Shown: positions 63,022-64,000 of the stretch, in pieces | How the letters are laid out: every line of letters begins with the position of its first letter | How positions within the stretch are numbered: the first letter of the stretch is position 1 | Assembly: GCA_026026165.1 (NCBI GenBank) | Contig: JAPEUD010000016.1 | Span: 124,001-188,000 of the forward strand | DNA: 64,000 nt | Reading direction: 5' to 3' | Origin: Sarea resinae | Taxonomy: Eukaryota | Translations under genes and position numbers: made by a program | The notes under the pieces: generated by a model | The model's database searches: none | The model's input: the letters and a program-made list of their open reading frames with translations, nothing else | Told to the model about the DNA's origin: nothing

Positions 63022-63891
63022 TTATGGCCCTTTGGGTGCCTGGCAGACGCCCCCACCACAGTTTGGATCATCATCATCCGGCGGTGTCGGGTCACCGTAC
63101 TGCGTGCCGCAGATGACGGTCCAAAGGTTCTCGGTCGCGAACCAGGAGTAGCTGTCGGCATTATTGGTGGCCTCGTCCTTGTCCATGGCGCGGACTCCGG
63201 TGGGGCCATAGGCAACATCATCGGTTTCCTTGCTCAACGGCGGCGCGACCAGCGACAGCCAGTGCGTATACTCGTGCAGCAAGATCGAGCCCAGCGTCTC
63301 CATCTTCCAGGACACGCGAGGGTCGAAAGAGCCGCATTCGATCGCCGCGACGCTGCCGTAGCCCTTGCCTATGCCGCCGTGGCCGAAAGCGGCCGGGTCG
63401 CACAGCACGATGGTCGGGTTGGCGGTACTCCAGTCGCGCAGCTCGGCCATCGTTGTTGCGTCGCTACAGGTCAACTCGCCATTGGCGTCTGGGAAGTCCG
63501 GCTTGATTGTTATCTGGGCAAGCGTATCATTGCCTTGGTCGCTATTTGCATTACCGCCAAGTATGGCGTTGAAGACGCCTATTTCCTATCAGCGGGTTTT
63601 CCCAGGACTTATGCGAGGAAGGGACTCACTATTGACCAGATCATGGTCACCAGCGTTGAAATACTTGGCAAAGATTGGGTCTACTGAGCTGCTAGGAATA
63701 GTCACGGCATAGCTGGCAAGCTCCAGTGCATCCCTGAATGCGTCTGTGATCTGAGTCGTCTGTTGAGGGGAGAAGCCCGCGGCGATCGTAGGAGGTGCAC
63801 GCTTCTGAATCGAACGAGAAGGCGGGAGAGTAGGAGCAGCGAGCGTGTATGTGACGAACAGGCCTGCAAGTATCACGCCGGTTGGAAGCAT
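63022..63891 (-). CDS. Secreted zinc metallopeptidase, deuterolysin/M35-like (HEXXH); 2 exons
   Basis: Signal peptide MLPTGVILAGLFVTYTLA, Kex2-like KR site, IFAKYF, TLGSILLHEYTH, DVAYG and NNADSYSWFA. Intron 63579-63629. Confidence 0.88.
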
Positions 63892-64000
63892 CTTGGTAAA
63901 GCCGACGTTTTGCTGTAAATAGGGCGACCGAGTCAATGTTTGAGTTGAAGAGCTTGAAGAATCTGATGGTGTTGTTGGGTCAATATCTTCTGATGTGTGG

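Overview
Eukaryotic fungal DNA, most likely a filamentous ascomycete (Pezizomycotina), judged from short GT-AG introns with CTRAC/CTAAC branch sites, fungal type-I FAS genes and a RIP-mutated repeat. The left ~37 kb is a gene-dense core block: an RBR/IBR E3 ligase, a two-OB-fold protein, HGH1, the TFIIF large subunit TFG1, a Cid1-family terminal nucleotidyltransferase and the divergent FAS beta/alpha pair. A heavily RIP-mutated AcademH-like DNA transposon with both ends intact sits between HGH1 and TFG1 at 8642-14226. It has 23-bp TIRs, a perfect 9-bp TSD (AAGCCACTT), a RecQ-like helicase relic, a DUF6589-type transposase relic and a nested MITE. The region from ~37 to 60 kb is gene-poor and accessory-like. 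It holds a C2H2 zinc-finger gene, three paralogues of a 'CPFNxHDP' zinc-finger family (one decaying), an APH-kinase pseudogene, and an Est1/SMG7-like gene fragment between two long spacerless palindromes. The window ends with an SDR, SFH5 and a secreted HEXXH metalloprotease. The most novel-looking signal is a pair of tandem retrotransposon Gag-capsid-like modules inserted in the catalytic domain of the nucleotidyltransferase. All assignments come from manual motif reading; no database searches were run.
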